From a virus (Duplodnaviria > Caudoviricetes), in IMG/VR virus record IMGVR_UViG_3300046318_000439, positions 138,273 through 202,272 of that record: a stretch of 64,000 nucleotides of DNA; one strand, given 5' to 3'. Both the position numbers and the translations under genes were made by a program. Below are positions 36,719 to 46,705 of the stretch, one piece after another (within the stretch, counting starts at the first letter, position 1; each line of letters opens with the position of its first letter). Under the pieces are notes generated by a model. That model saw only the letters and a program-made list of their open reading frames with translations. It was not told the DNA's origin and did not search any database.

Positions 36719-37246
36719 TTACAACGGGGTAATCTGGAAAGTTCTGAATTTGAACGTTGCGGTTGCTTCTACATATTCAACATCAACATTACGAGAATCA
36801 AAGTTAAAATCTGTCAATGCTATTGGAAAAGCGTCTAGGAATATAATCTGATTAACAGGATTCATGGCACTAGACAATAGAGTGAGAGTAGCATCTGAGT
36901 ATATACCGTCCCCTGAAAAGGAAGGAACAAATTTAGGATCAACTGCTTTATGTTGATCAAAATTGTCTGGGAATCCAATTGCCTTGATCCAGTTAAACAA
37001 TTCAAGGTAGTTGTTCATGTTTTCATCAACCTTAAACGTTATAGCAAGATCTCCATACTCAATATGATCACCGGCAATAGGAATACGTCTAAAAGGAGTA
37101 GGAAAACTAGTCTCTCCTAAATTGACGTTGGGTAAGTTCACTGCTTGAACGAAATAATTAACGTTCGGAGTCTTTTTAATTGTGAATTTAAACCCTAGTG
37201 GGGATAAGAAATTCTTATTTGTGGGTTCTGTATTAGTAATGGCCAT
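36719..37246 (-). CDS. gp3: tail completion/tube terminator (gp3-like)
   Basis: NFLSPLGFKF, YGDLAITFKVDENMNNY, DAFP, ATATFKF. Confidence 0.85.
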   Translation of the reverse strand: MAITNTEPTNKNFLSPLGFKFTIKKTPNVNYFVQAVNLPNVNLGETSFPTPFRRIPIAGDHIEYGDLAITFKVDENMNNYLELFNWIKAIGFPDNFDQHKAVDPKFVPSFSGDGIYSDATLTLLSSAMNPVNQIIFLDAFPIALTDFNFDSRNVDVEYVEATATFKFRTFQITPL

Positions 37247-37274
37247 ATATGTCTCCTTTACTATTTATCCAGAT

Positions 37275-37300
37275 AAAAAAAGAGCCCCCGAAGGAGCTCT
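37275..37300 (-). terminator. UUCG-capped terminator
   Basis: AGAGCTCC-TTCG-GGGGCTCT followed by TTTTTT. Confidence 0.85.
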
Positions 37301-37337
37301 TTTGAAATGTCCCTCTTCGGGGATTTCTTCATTATAT

Positions 37338-37934
37338 TTATTTAGCTAAACGGTATCCTTTAGAAGATGATGTGCGAAGATTGGGCTCTCTTAATCCATG
37401 TTGCTTAGCAAATTGATTCAAATTGTGTACTTCGTGTATGCTTCCGTCTGGAAACTGTACTTTGTATGTTTTAGCACGGGCTTTCCTGGTCGCTTCTTTT
37501 TGCTTATCGGAGGGAGGGTGGCCTTTTAGAGCTGCACTTATCTTTGCTCCATGCTCTGGGGTAGATCTCCATGTAGAATTCTTTTTTGACTGGCGCATCT
37601 TGGTTTTATATTCCTCGGAGCGTTTCACACCGGTGGCGCCACATTCACCCCCAGTAGAAACATTATATCCTTTTTCTGGATTGGTAGTGTTGAATTTATC
37701 AATACTTTCCATTTCCGTTTTCAGAGATTCATTATAATCCATTGTCTCGAGCAAGACTTCTTGTGTCCATTGCTCTAATGGATATTTGCGTAAGGCCTTT
37801 TGAATTGGGCGTTGATACCCTCTACGCACCTCACTCATATGATCTTGAAGTCGTTTCTTAAGCTTTCTACTAGTCCATCCTACGTAAATCTTACCACTAG
37901 GCGAGGTTAGTTTGTATACGGTATATGTTTTCAT
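37338..37934 (-). mobile_element. GIY-YIG homing endonuclease with NUMOD3-like repeats
   Basis: TVYKL...KIYVGWT...R..H, YN...GG, basic repeats. Confidence 0.85.
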
Positions 37935-37961
37935 CGTGTCAACATCCTCTAGATATTAGGC

Positions 37962-37989
37962 AGGAAAAGGGATCCGAAGACCCCTTCCT
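37962..37989 (-). terminator. UUCG-capped terminator after the major capsid gene
   Basis: AAGGGGTC-TTCG-GATCCCTTTT. Confidence 0.85.
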
Positions 37990-38020
37990 TTATGATTATC
38001 TTTGATAAATCAAAGAGTTA

Positions 38021-39349
38021 TCACAAAATATTATCCACTAACACACGTCTGTAGTAAACGTTGCTGTCCTTTGTCAATGCGCCTAAACCAGCTGTAGCAC
38101 CTTGAGCAAATGGGTTTGCAACCATACCGTAACGAGTCTTGAAGCCAATCTTAGGCTGGAAAGAACCTGTGTCAACTGCGCGAACCATTTGCAATGGAAC
38201 GTATGGGCAGTAGAACAAACCAGCGTCGAATGCTGAAGCACCCTTATAACCAACAACCATGTAGTTGCCTGTTGCATATGGATCGATATACACCTTGATA
38301 CGACCATTCAACACACCAGCGAATGTAGCACCAGTGTCATCAACTTGCAAGTTGTTGCTGTTTAATGCAGGAGCGTAGTCAAGTACACCAGCCATTTGTA
38401 ATGCAGACGCTACGTCTGAAGAACAGATGATGATGTTACCTTTACCGCGACGAGTTGCCTTGGCAATCGCGTTAGCTTCACGCTCAACTTGGAACATCAA
38501 GCCCTTGAACTTCTCAACTGACCAACGACCGTTAGCATCAACGTCTAAGTCAAAACGACCAGCAGTTGTTGTACCTGAAGCAGCACCTTGTGTAGCTGTA
38601 ACAGCAATTGTACGAACTACTTCACGGTTGATTTCAGCCAAAATTTCTGTTGTCAAAATGTTTGACAATTCTGTTTCAGCGTCCAAACCATGGATAGCTT
38701 TCAAGTCTTGTGCCAATTCCATTGTGTACTCAGCTTTAAGAGCACGTGTCTTAGCAGTAACTGATACTTTCTCAATGCTGAAAGCCATTTCTGGGAATGC
38801 TGTGTTACCAGATGTTCCCAATGCTTCTGCTTGAGCTGTAGACATACCAGAACCGTAGTTATAGATGCCTGTTTCAGCCAAGTTAGCTGTACCAGTAGTT
38901 GTGTTACCTGGATAGCCGCCAACGTTCTTGTCGCCAAGAGTATTAGCACCACCAACAACAGTACCGTATGCTGTGTTAACTTCGTTGTAGAATGTTTCAG
39001 CACCATCTTGTGCGCCATAACGTGCACGCATTGCGAAGATCAAGCCTGTTGGGCCAGTCATCGGCTGAACGCCTGCGATGTCATAAGCGATCAAGTTAGG
39101 CATCGCACGACGAACCAAGCTAATTAAAACTGGATCGAATGTGTCGATTTCTGAACCTGTTGCATTTGCTGGTGCAGCTTCTGTCAAATATTGACCACCT
39201 GCACGTGAACCTGATTCACGCAAAGCACGCTCTGTGTTTTCTAATAGAACAGCAGTAACGCCACGCTTATGAGCATTTTCGATCTTTGGTAGATCGGCGT
39301 GCTCAATGACTGGCGCCCATTTGTTTTGGATATCTTCTGATAGATACAT
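38021..39349 (-). CDS. gp23: major capsid protein
   Basis: DPVLISLVRRAMPNLIAYDIAGVQPMTGPTGLIFAMR, YCPYVPLQM, FQPKIGFKTRYG. Confidence 0.98.
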   Translation of the reverse strand: MYLSEDIQNKWAPVIEHADLPKIENAHKRGVTAVLLENTERALRESGSRAGGQYLTEAAPANATGSEIDTFDPVLISLVRRAMPNLIAYDIAGVQPMTGPTGLIFAMRARYGAQDGAETFYNEVNTAYGTVVGGANTLGDKNVGGYPGNTTTGTANLAETGIYNYGSGMSTAQAEALGTSGNTAFPEMAFSIEKVSVTAKTRALKAEYTMELAQDLKAIHGLDAETELSNILTTEILAEINREVVRTIAVTATQGAASGTTTAGRFDLDVDANGRWSVEKFKGLMFQVEREANAIAKATRRGKGNIIICSSDVASALQMAGVLDYAPALNSNNLQVDDTGATFAGVLNGRIKVYIDPYATGNYMVVGYKGASAFDAGLFYCPYVPLQMVRAVDTGSFQPKIGFKTRYGMVANPFAQGATAGLGALTKDSNVYYRRVLVDNIL

Positions 39350-39388
39350 TTTGGTTTCCCTTCGTTGTTAAAAAAATGAACTTCTTAC

Positions 39389-39396
39389 TATTTATA
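39389..39396 (-). promoter_or_regulatory. T4-type late promoter
   Basis: TATAAATA upstream of gp23. Confidence 0.8.
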
Positions 39397-39402
39397 AAAC
39401 TT

Positions 39403-40398
39403 TTACTTTTTGATTGTTCTTGAAATTGCAGAAACGTAATTAGCAACTGGACCAGCAACTTTAGCTTGCGGTGCAACTACTTCTTCGTCTAACTCAACAA
39501 TCTCCTGCTCTTCGATAGTCTTAGTAGCAACTTTCTTTTCTGTAAAGTATTGCTCTTTAACAATCTCAAGCTTTCTGCGATATGTTTCAGCTGTGTCATA
39601 ATCAACACCTTCTGCAAGAGTGCGGAACTTCTCAGCTTGTGTCAATGCTAAACCTTCAGAAACTTCGTCAAAAATTTCTGCTGCAGTTTTGCTCTCAACA
39701 ACTGAGCGGAGTTCGATGTTCTCTGCAACTACACCGTTAAGTTGAGCTTCTAACTCTTCAACTTTAGCTGCTAGTTCTTCAACAACATCAACCTTTTCTG
39801 CTGGAACGTGGATGTATGACTCTTCAAACAATGCCTTCAACTTAGTCATGAACTCTTCAGCGATCTGAGTGTTCAATGAAGATTCGATAGCAACTTGATT
39901 CTCGTCCATCCATTGTTCTACAACATAGTCTAAGTAATCGCTAACTTGGTTAGACAATTCTTCAACTAATTCTGTTTTTGCCTGTTCAAAAGACTCTTCA
40001 AGTTCAACTTTCTTAGCAGCAAACTCTTCTTCTAAACCTGCACGCTCTTCAGCCAAACGGCCAGCGATAGCAGCTTCAAAAAGTGTTGTTGCCTTTTCCT
40101 TGAATTCTTCTGAAAGATCATCTCCAAACAAACCGTTGATTTCTTCTTTCATTGATGAAGAAGCAGCGCTTGGTTTAGTAGCGATCGTTTTCTTGTTAGC
40201 TTCTGCCGAATCGTTTCCACCCATTGTAGGTGTATCCTTTTCCGCGTCGCCTTGTCCTTTAGCAGTCTTCTCGCCGTTGCCTAGGTTTGATGCTGGTAAT
40301 GTCGCTTGGTTGCCGACTGGGTCAGCAGACTTAGAGACACTAGTAGCACCACCGCCAACTGGATCGGATGCTTTTTCTAGTAGTTCTTTTTCAGCCAT
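39403..40398 (-). CDS. gp22: prohead core scaffold
   Basis: LSEEFKEKATTLFEAA, YLDYVVEQWM, acidic coiled coil. Confidence 0.93.
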   Translation of the reverse strand: MAEKELLEKASDPVGGGATSVSKSADPVGNQATLPASNLGNGEKTAKGQGDAEKDTPTMGGNDSAEANKKTIATKPSAASSSMKEEINGLFGDDLSEEFKEKATTLFEAAIAGRLAEERAGLEEEFAAKKVELEESFEQAKTELVEELSNQVSDYLDYVVEQWMDENQVAIESSLNTQIAEEFMTKLKALFEESYIHVPAEKVDVVEELAAKVEELEAQLNGVVAENIELRSVVESKTAAEIFDEVSEGLALTQAEKFRTLAEGVDYDTAETYRRKLEIVKEQYFTEKKVATKTIEEQEIVELDEEVVAPQAKVAGPVANYVSAISRTIKK

Positions 40399-40436
40399 GT
40401 TTTTCTCCTAAATTGAGATTATTAATATTTATATGT

Positions 40437-41090
40437 TTATTTATTCGAAAGCGAATTTAAGAAGTGTTCGAATACTGAAAGCTTAGTAGCCTCTAGTTCA
40501 CGAGCGCTCGCTTTTTGAACAGTCTTCTTGTATGTTTCAACTTGGTTAGCTTTGAGAATACCGTTATCCCAAACCCATTCCACGTTTTCCATAATACCCT
40601 GTACAAACGCATCAGGCGCTGAAGGATCAGCTACAATGTCAGCAGCAGTTGCAAGATAAAAGTCGTCTTGAACCTGCATTACGCCATCGATCTCTTTAAG
40701 AGAACCCATACCACGTGTAGATACACCTAATTGAACACCGCTTTCTAATAAATTTTTAGCAATGTTACCCATTGGCGTTTCTAAAATCTTTGCCTTACCA
40801 ATGAAGTTGTTTCCATCTTGTTTCAATTCAACAATCTTGTGAGAAACGCGATCTAAATTGATCGAAGGACCATTTGGATGACCAAGCTCCCCTAGAGCTC
40901 TATTTGACTTGACATACTCATCGTTATAACGCTTCACTTCGCGTTCTAAAATATCCAGCTTGTAGATACGACCATTACGGTTCTTTTGTTCAGCTTGCAT
41001 GAAAGGACCTGTGATAAACAAGTCCTTTTTGCCATTCTTTTCTTCGACGATGTATTGTACGTCTTCTACTAATTCTGTGAATAGTTTCAT
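40437..41090 (-). CDS. gp21: prohead protease
   Basis: KNRNGRIY, ALGELGHP, GVSTRGMGS, ADPSAPDAFV. Confidence 0.97.
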   Translation of the reverse strand: MKLFTELVEDVQYIVEEKNGKKDLFITGPFMQAEQKNRNGRIYKLDILEREVKRYNDEYVKSNRALGELGHPNGPSINLDRVSHKIVELKQDGNNFIGKAKILETPMGNIAKNLLESGVQLGVSTRGMGSLKEIDGVMQVQDDFYLATAADIVADPSAPDAFVQGIMENVEWVWDNGILKANQVETYKKTVQKASARELEATKLSVFEHFLNSLSNK

Positions 41091-41098
41091 TTTAATTC

Positions 41099-41371
41099 CT
41101 ATCTGTATGCTATTGATGTGGCTTTTACGCTCGTAGCACCAGTTGATTCTAATGTGTCTGTTGGTGATTTAACGATACATTCGTTTGAAAAATCAGTACC
41201 AGAAGAACCGAGAGTGAAAGTTCCAAGAGTGCCACCAGCACCTGTTTTAATTGTAACAGTAGCAGCATTTGTTGGATCGACGTTGACTAAACGTACCAAA
41301 GAAGCTAATCCTACAGTGTTAGCCGTTGTTAGTGTAATTTCAGTACCAATTACTTTTAATGGTTCTGCCAT
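41099..41371 (-). CDS. hypothetical virion-region protein
   Basis: 90-aa beta-rich ORF within the head operon. Confidence 0.7.
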   Translation of the reverse strand: MAEPLKVIGTEITLTTANTVGLASLVRLVNVDPTNAATVTIKTGAGGTLGTFTLGSSGTDFSNECIVKSPTDTLESTGATSVKATSIAYR

Positions 41372-41372
41372 T

Positions 41373-42059
41373 TTATTCCTCCATACCTTCTACGATGAAT
41401 CCTTCAACAACTTCTACTAAATCATCAAATGCATCTTCAGAATCTAACATCTCAGCAAAGTGCTGCTTTTCTTCTTCTGTTTCCAATCCTTCATAGATGG
41501 ATTCTAGAATTGTGGCATATGCCTCTACTAACTCTTGTTCTTCAATCTGTTGTTTGTGTGCTTGTACAGCGTCAATAATAGAATCAAACATCTGTGGTGT
41601 TTCAGCTTCTGTTTCTTCTTTCATGGCATTCTTCGTTGCTGTAGCATACATTACTGATTCTGCATCTTTACCGTAACGGGCTTTGAATGAAGAAAGATTC
41701 TTTTTCATCCCTTTAACGATGTCTTCGCGCTTTGCCATTTCGGCTTTTGACATCTCGTTAACTTCTTCACTTTCTTTAGCAGAATAACCGTGCTTTTCTT
41801 TTTTACGATCAATCGGCTTTACCTTCGAACCTTTAAAAACCTCATCACCATTACCATTACGGTCTGGTACCATCTCAATTTCATGGTCGTCGATGAACTC
41901 TTGAGCGCCTAATGTTGGAGCTGGTAAGTTGCCTTTTAAAGATACTGGCGTATTATCGTTAAACTTTTTTTCTGGAGCAGTAACGCCAGGCTTTCTTACG
42001 CCTTGTTCGTGTTTTGCAACAGTTCTAAATGTCTCAACTAGTGACTTTAGCGTCTTCAT
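41373..42059 (-). CDS. head-region hypothetical protein (gp68 position)
   Basis: Start MKTLKSL after GAGGA; contains KARYGKDAESVMYATATKNAM. Confidence 0.65.
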   Translation of the reverse strand: MKTLKSLVETFRTVAKHEQGVRKPGVTAPEKKFNDNTPVSLKGNLPAPTLGAQEFIDDHEIEMVPDRNGNGDEVFKGSKVKPIDRKKEKHGYSAKESEEVNEMSKAEMAKREDIVKGMKKNLSSFKARYGKDAESVMYATATKNAMKEETEAETPQMFDSIIDAVQAHKQQIEEQELVEAYATILESIYEGLETEEEKQHFAEMLDSEDAFDDLVEVVEGFIVEGMEE

Positions 42060-42354
42060 CGGATTCCTCGGTTTCTTGTTCTGCGGTTTGTTCAGTATCA
42101 CTATCGACAGCAACTTCATCAGCCACTGCTTCGGTATCTTCCTGATCTTCAGCTGATGATTCTTGTTCTTCCTCATCAGACTGCTGATTAAACATTCTAT
42201 TAGCTACTTCAATCTTCTGAGCTTGGATTGCATCTACAACGCGCTGACCAACTAGTTGGTCAAACGCAGCTGAAAGATTTACTGAATCCTTTGCTATAGC
42301 AAAATTTACAATGTCAGTTGGGGTAAAGGTTGGTGTAGTCATATTATTCTCCAC
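42034..42354 (-). CDS. gp67: prohead core protein (gp67-like)
   Basis: Small acidic protein immediately downstream of the portal gene. Confidence 0.7.
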   Translation of the reverse strand: MENNMTTPTFTPTDIVNFAIAKDSVNLSAAFDQLVGQRVVDAIQAQKIEVANRMFNQQSDEEEQESSAEDQEDTEAVADEVAVDSDTEQTAEQETEESDEDAKVTS

Positions 42355-42362
42355 TATTTATA
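42355..42362 (-). promoter_or_regulatory. T4-type late promoter
   Basis: TATAAATA. Confidence 0.7.
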
Positions 42363-42368
42363 CATTTT

Positions 42369-43940
42369 CTAAGTTTGTTGGTCAGAACCACCTTGTTGAG
42401 GTTGTCCTCCCGCGCCTTCTTCCGGAACTGGAGGATTATAGATTGGATTTTGCATCTCCTCTTTAATCTCTTTATCCATCTGTTTCATGAAGTCACCATC
42501 CTGCATGAAGATGTGTGAACGCACCCATTTATTTGAATAATACTTACCAACTGCTCCAGCATTCACCAGTTGTTGATAAGCATTAATCTTATCATTCATA
42601 ATCTCAATTTCTTTTAATTCTGAGAAATAGTTGTCTTTCGCGTAAATAAACTTAATCTCTGATGAAATATCTTTCCATTCATCTTGAGTGATTACTTGCT
42701 TAAGTACTAATTGTTTTTCTAGCGCTTTTAAAAATACATGATTAAAACGCACACGCAAACGATCAATAAACTTTGAGAACTTTACTTCGTCCCTTGATAT
42801 CTCTGTAGCACGACCCATATTGAAAGAGTAATCTGGTTCAATACGAGATACAGGAACATTCAATGACTTATACATTACCTTTTGGAAGTATTCTACATCA
42901 GTCATCTCACCAAGATTTTGGCCACCTGGCAATGTTTCGATCTGCGTGCCACGATTACCTTCGCGGCGTGGTAACCAGAAGTCTTCAAGCATTGTCATAA
43001 ATTTACGATCATCACGGATTTCTCCAGAAGATGCATCATAAACAACTTTATTCTTATGACGGGTCATCATATCGCGTAGATACTGTTCTGCCTTCATTTT
43101 AGGCAGATTGCCGACGTCGATGTAGAATATACGGCGCTCAGGTGCTCTTGATATACGGTAAATGATTGTAGCGTCTTCTAGTGCTCTTAACTGATTAAGA
43201 GGTTTGATCGCTTTGTGTAGGTATGATATAACTAGTGAATTGGTTTTATCTAATAAACCAGATGTGCAGTAGATAATACTATCTTTAGCAATCTTTAGTC
43301 CTGTCGTGGCTGATGCTGTTGAAGGACCAGACGTTGGCTTACCACCAAACCCTTTTTCGTTATAAACGAAGTATTCTTTTTCACCAACCGCAACATCTGT
43401 TGATGCTTGGTTGTTTTGAATACGCTTCTTTTTTACTTCTTTAATTTTTTTGATTTTGCGTGGATCGATATATCTTAATTCTTGAATACCGTCCTTCGTA
43501 TTATTCTTATCAATAATAGCATGGAAGTATAATCGTCCATCAACATACCAACGCTTGAATACATCATAGCCTTGGTGATTGAAATCTAACAATCTAAGAA
43601 CTGCTTTGAATTCTTGATCGATTGCCTTCTTAACTGTATCGTTAATGTTAGGCACATTCTCTAAACTAATTGTAACTGTATCTTCTGCATCTGTCACAAT
43701 CGCTTCATTCACGATATCGTCTACTGCAGCCTCAACTTCAGCATGCATAACCATCTCACGATATTTTGTTACTAGTTCAGCTTCGTTCTTAGCTGCGCCC
43801 TCTAAGTCGACGACGGTACCATAGGAACCACCTGCAGCAACTACAAGTGAACCATCATCGTTCTGTTTAGGGATAAACTCGTCGAGGTCTTGCTTTTCGG
43901 CAGGGCCTCTTCGACGGAACTCGAATCCTAGGAACTCCAT
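42369..43940 (-). CDS. gp20: portal vertex protein
   Basis: WYVDGR, YIDPRKI, IYRISRAPERRIFYIDVGNLPK, EDFWLPRREG. Confidence 0.98.
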   Translation of the reverse strand: MEFLGFEFRRRGPAEKQDLDEFIPKQNDDGSLVVAAGGSYGTVVDLEGAAKNEAELVTKYREMVMHAEVEAAVDDIVNEAIVTDAEDTVTISLENVPNINDTVKKAIDQEFKAVLRLLDFNHQGYDVFKRWYVDGRLYFHAIIDKNNTKDGIQELRYIDPRKIKKIKEVKKKRIQNNQASTDVAVGEKEYFVYNEKGFGGKPTSGPSTASATTGLKIAKDSIIYCTSGLLDKTNSLVISYLHKAIKPLNQLRALEDATIIYRISRAPERRIFYIDVGNLPKMKAEQYLRDMMTRHKNKVVYDASSGEIRDDRKFMTMLEDFWLPRREGNRGTQIETLPGGQNLGEMTDVEYFQKVMYKSLNVPVSRIEPDYSFNMGRATEISRDEVKFSKFIDRLRVRFNHVFLKALEKQLVLKQVITQDEWKDISSEIKFIYAKDNYFSELKEIEIMNDKINAYQQLVNAGAVGKYYSNKWVRSHIFMQDGDFMKQMDKEIKEEMQNPIYNPPVPEEGAGGQPQQGGSDQQT

Positions 43941-43988
43941 ATTAACTCCAATTATTGAGGCTGACCAAAGCCAGCCTCCATCCTAATA

Positions 43989-44540
43989 TTAGGCGCCACC
44001 AGCGTTGCCGGTAGTACCACCACTAACTTCCCACCAATCATATACAAATGAAACTGTAAACTCTTCAATTGTATCGGTAGCGTTCCAGTCAAGCTCAATT
44101 GGCGCAACTTCTACTGGGAAAATACCATTAAATGTGTATGTTCTCAGCGCTTCGCCAGTTCTTGAAAACTGTGTTACTTGAGCGTTTGCTTTATATTGCA
44201 ACGGGCTTGATGATGCAAAATCACGCACGTTTGTTTGGAATGTATTGATCCTGTTAGACCACTCTTCCATCGCGTTACGGATTAAGAAATCCTCATCGTT
44301 CATAACAGTAACTGTCCACTCTGCAAATGTACGATCGCCTGCCATTCTAACTTTACGGCCAAAATACGGAACTTCAATTACTCCAAGTGTTGCAGCAGGA
44401 ATCTGAGCTGCACGTACCAAGAATGGTACTTTAATATCCGCAACCCCGTTGGCGGGGTTTTGGATTGTTACTTGGAATAGAGAGTTACGAGCACCACCGA
44501 AGTTTAGCTGACTTCTAATTTCATTTACGTTAAATGCCAT
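43989..44540 (-). CDS. gp19: tail tube protein
   Basis: GGARNSLF, AGDRTFAEWTVTVMNDEDF, EEFTVSF.YDWW. Confidence 0.96.
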   Translation of the reverse strand: MAFNVNEIRSQLNFGGARNSLFQVTIQNPANGVADIKVPFLVRAAQIPAATLGVIEVPYFGRKVRMAGDRTFAEWTVTVMNDEDFLIRNAMEEWSNRINTFQTNVRDFASSSPLQYKANAQVTQFSRTGEALRTYTFNGIFPVEVAPIELDWNATDTIEEFTVSFVYDWWEVSGGTTGNAGGA

Positions 44541-44570
44541 GTCTGTTCTCCTTATTCTTATTTATTAGGG

Positions 44571-46649
44571 TTAAAACTGCCCTACGATTTCAGAGAACTC
44601 AACACCTGATCTAACAGCCACGAAGTTCAACTGGATAAAGTTGATTGAACGGGCTGGTTTGATATAGATGTCACCGACAAACTCATTGCGGTCAATTACT
44701 TCTCCTGTGTTGTTGCTTGAATCGCAAACAACCTTGAAGTCGTAAATACCACGACGACCTTGTACATCGCGTAAGAATGGCTCAACTAAGTTCTTGAACT
44801 GAGCACGTGTAAATTCATCATTGAATTCAAACAATGTAAATTTAGCTGCAGTTGCAATTGCCTTCTCTAATACTATGAACAAACGACGTACGTTGATACG
44901 ATCGAATGCGCTTGGTTTAGCTAATAACGTCTTATCTCCAAATAATACTGTACCTTGACCTGGGAATGTTACGACAGGGTTGATACCAGACTTATAGAGA
45001 ATGTCGCGATCTGCTTTACGTGGATTGTATGCTAATTTAACAATATTTTTAACTTGGCCACGATTGAAGCCGCCAGGTGACCACCATGGATCACGAGTCT
45101 CGTCTGTACGGACACATAAGCCAGCAATATCGCCGTTCAAAGGAACATATCTGTATAAGTCGTTGTACTTATCATACTGATATTTGTATCCAGAGTCAAG
45201 CACTGCATATGATGTTGAGCTCATTGAGTTACGGAAAGCAATAATGTCTGTAGCCTCGTCACCTGTATTGCTAATCACATCTGCTCGGTCTGGAGATACA
45301 AATACTACACAATCCTTACGTGCTTCAGCAATATTATCAATCAAGTAGTTGGCCAACTGTTCTCCATTTGTGCCGCCACGAGCTTTACCTGTTAATATCA
45401 ATGATACATCAATATCTTCAGCAGATTTAAAGTAATCATAAGCTGTAGCCAATGAACCAACTGCAATATCTGCCTCACCATCACCATCTTGACCAGACGT
45501 AAACACAGTTGTAGTTGGTTTGGTGTTGGTTGAGGTCAATACGTTAACTGCTGTATTTGACGCTGCACCAGCTAAGTCATTAGCATACCAAACGTAGTTA
45601 GAGTTCTGATTGATGACTTCTTTATAGAAGTTTGTGGCACCATCATTTGTCTTAGAATCGCTTGCGCGGGATACGTTAGAATATACTTCTAAAATAGTTC
45701 CTGGAGTACCAGTCACAATACCGTCGTTGTCTACTACAACAGCGTGCAATTCATCTTTGGCAGCTGTGTTACCAAAGCTGGCCTGATGTTCAGATTGATC
45801 TGGTGCTGCATCAACGCTATTAAAGAATTCCCAATAACGTGTTACGCTAGTGCCAGAGAATGCTGTAGATAAACTATACTTGTTATCAAACGATAAAGTA
45901 AAGAATGCGTGAGTGGCGTTAACTGTTGGAACTGCATCATAAGACAAAAGCTTAAGATACTGCTTACCAATTGTTGAATTGCCAACTTCTACATAGTCGC
46001 CGATTGTTAGTTTATCAATAAGAGATGTTGCTGCTGTATTTGCATCTACCAATGTACCAACACTCGAGTTAGCTAATTTAACTAAAGCTGTGTTAGAACC
46101 AATTGACATAGTAATGTTAGTTAATGCTGTGTTGCTGTTAATTGTAGAATCAACAACCGCATTAAGAACGCTGCTATAAGCAGTATTGCTATCGCAAACA
46201 GAAATCTTTAATGAATTTCCAAGAGCACCAGGATATTTTGCAATAAACTTAATGTCTGTATCTGCAGCAAAAGCACCACTTGACAATTTTTCATTGTAAT
46301 GATCTTCGTTTTTTACTACGAAAGTGGCAACGTTTGAAATAGAACCGGTGTTAGCTAAGGCGTTAAAAGCGCCGTTAGCAAGACTTGTTGTGTTTGCAGC
46401 ACGTACAACAAATAACTTATTACCATAAGATAAGAAGTTTGCTGCTGTAAAAAACGTTTCTGCGTTGAAATTTGTAGGCTTACCAAATCTAGCTACTAGA
46501 TTTGACTCTGAATCAACTAACACTCGCTGCTCTACTGGACCCCAACGGAAAACGCCAGCTAAGGCACCTTCTGTTGTAGATACGGCAGGGACAACGGTTG
46601 TCAGATCAATTTCAGATACATTTACGCCCGGACTGACTTGAAATGGCAT
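44571..46649 (-). CDS. gp18: tail sheath protein
   Basis: SPGVNVSEIDLT, WWSPGGFNRG, FDRINVRRLF, KPARSINFI. Confidence 0.98.
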   Translation of the reverse strand: MPFQVSPGVNVSEIDLTTVVPAVSTTEGALAGVFRWGPVEQRVLVDSESNLVARFGKPTNFNAETFFTAANFLSYGNKLFVVRAANTTSLANGAFNALANTGSISNVATFVVKNEDHYNEKLSSGAFAADTDIKFIAKYPGALGNSLKISVCDSNTAYSSVLNAVVDSTINSNTALTNITMSIGSNTALVKLANSSVGTLVDANTAATSLIDKLTIGDYVEVGNSTIGKQYLKLLSYDAVPTVNATHAFFTLSFDNKYSLSTAFSGTSVTRYWEFFNSVDAAPDQSEHQASFGNTAAKDELHAVVVDNDGIVTGTPGTILEVYSNVSRASDSKTNDGATNFYKEVINQNSNYVWYANDLAGAASNTAVNVLTSTNTKPTTTVFTSGQDGDGEADIAVGSLATAYDYFKSAEDIDVSLILTGKARGGTNGEQLANYLIDNIAEARKDCVVFVSPDRADVISNTGDEATDIIAFRNSMSSTSYAVLDSGYKYQYDKYNDLYRYVPLNGDIAGLCVRTDETRDPWWSPGGFNRGQVKNIVKLAYNPRKADRDILYKSGINPVVTFPGQGTVLFGDKTLLAKPSAFDRINVRRLFIVLEKAIATAAKFTLFEFNDEFTRAQFKNLVEPFLRDVQGRRGIYDFKVVCDSSNNTGEVIDRNEFVGDIYIKPARSINFIQLNFVAVRSGVEFSEIVGQF

Positions 46650-46673
46650 GGTTATCTCCCCAAAAATAGGTTA

Positions 46674-46699
46674 TATTTATAGACTTCTTGGTATTTATA
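46674..46699 (-). promoter_or_regulatory. tandem T4-type late promoters upstream of gp18
   Basis: TATAAATA at 46674-46681 and 46692-46699. Confidence 0.75.
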
Positions 46700-46705
46700 A
46701 TTTCG

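Noticed and set aside
43957-43978. Terminator between gp19 and gp20 (GAGGCTG/CAGCCTC hairpin)
   Set aside because: No U tract; more likely a stabilising or processing hairpin, not supportable as a terminator
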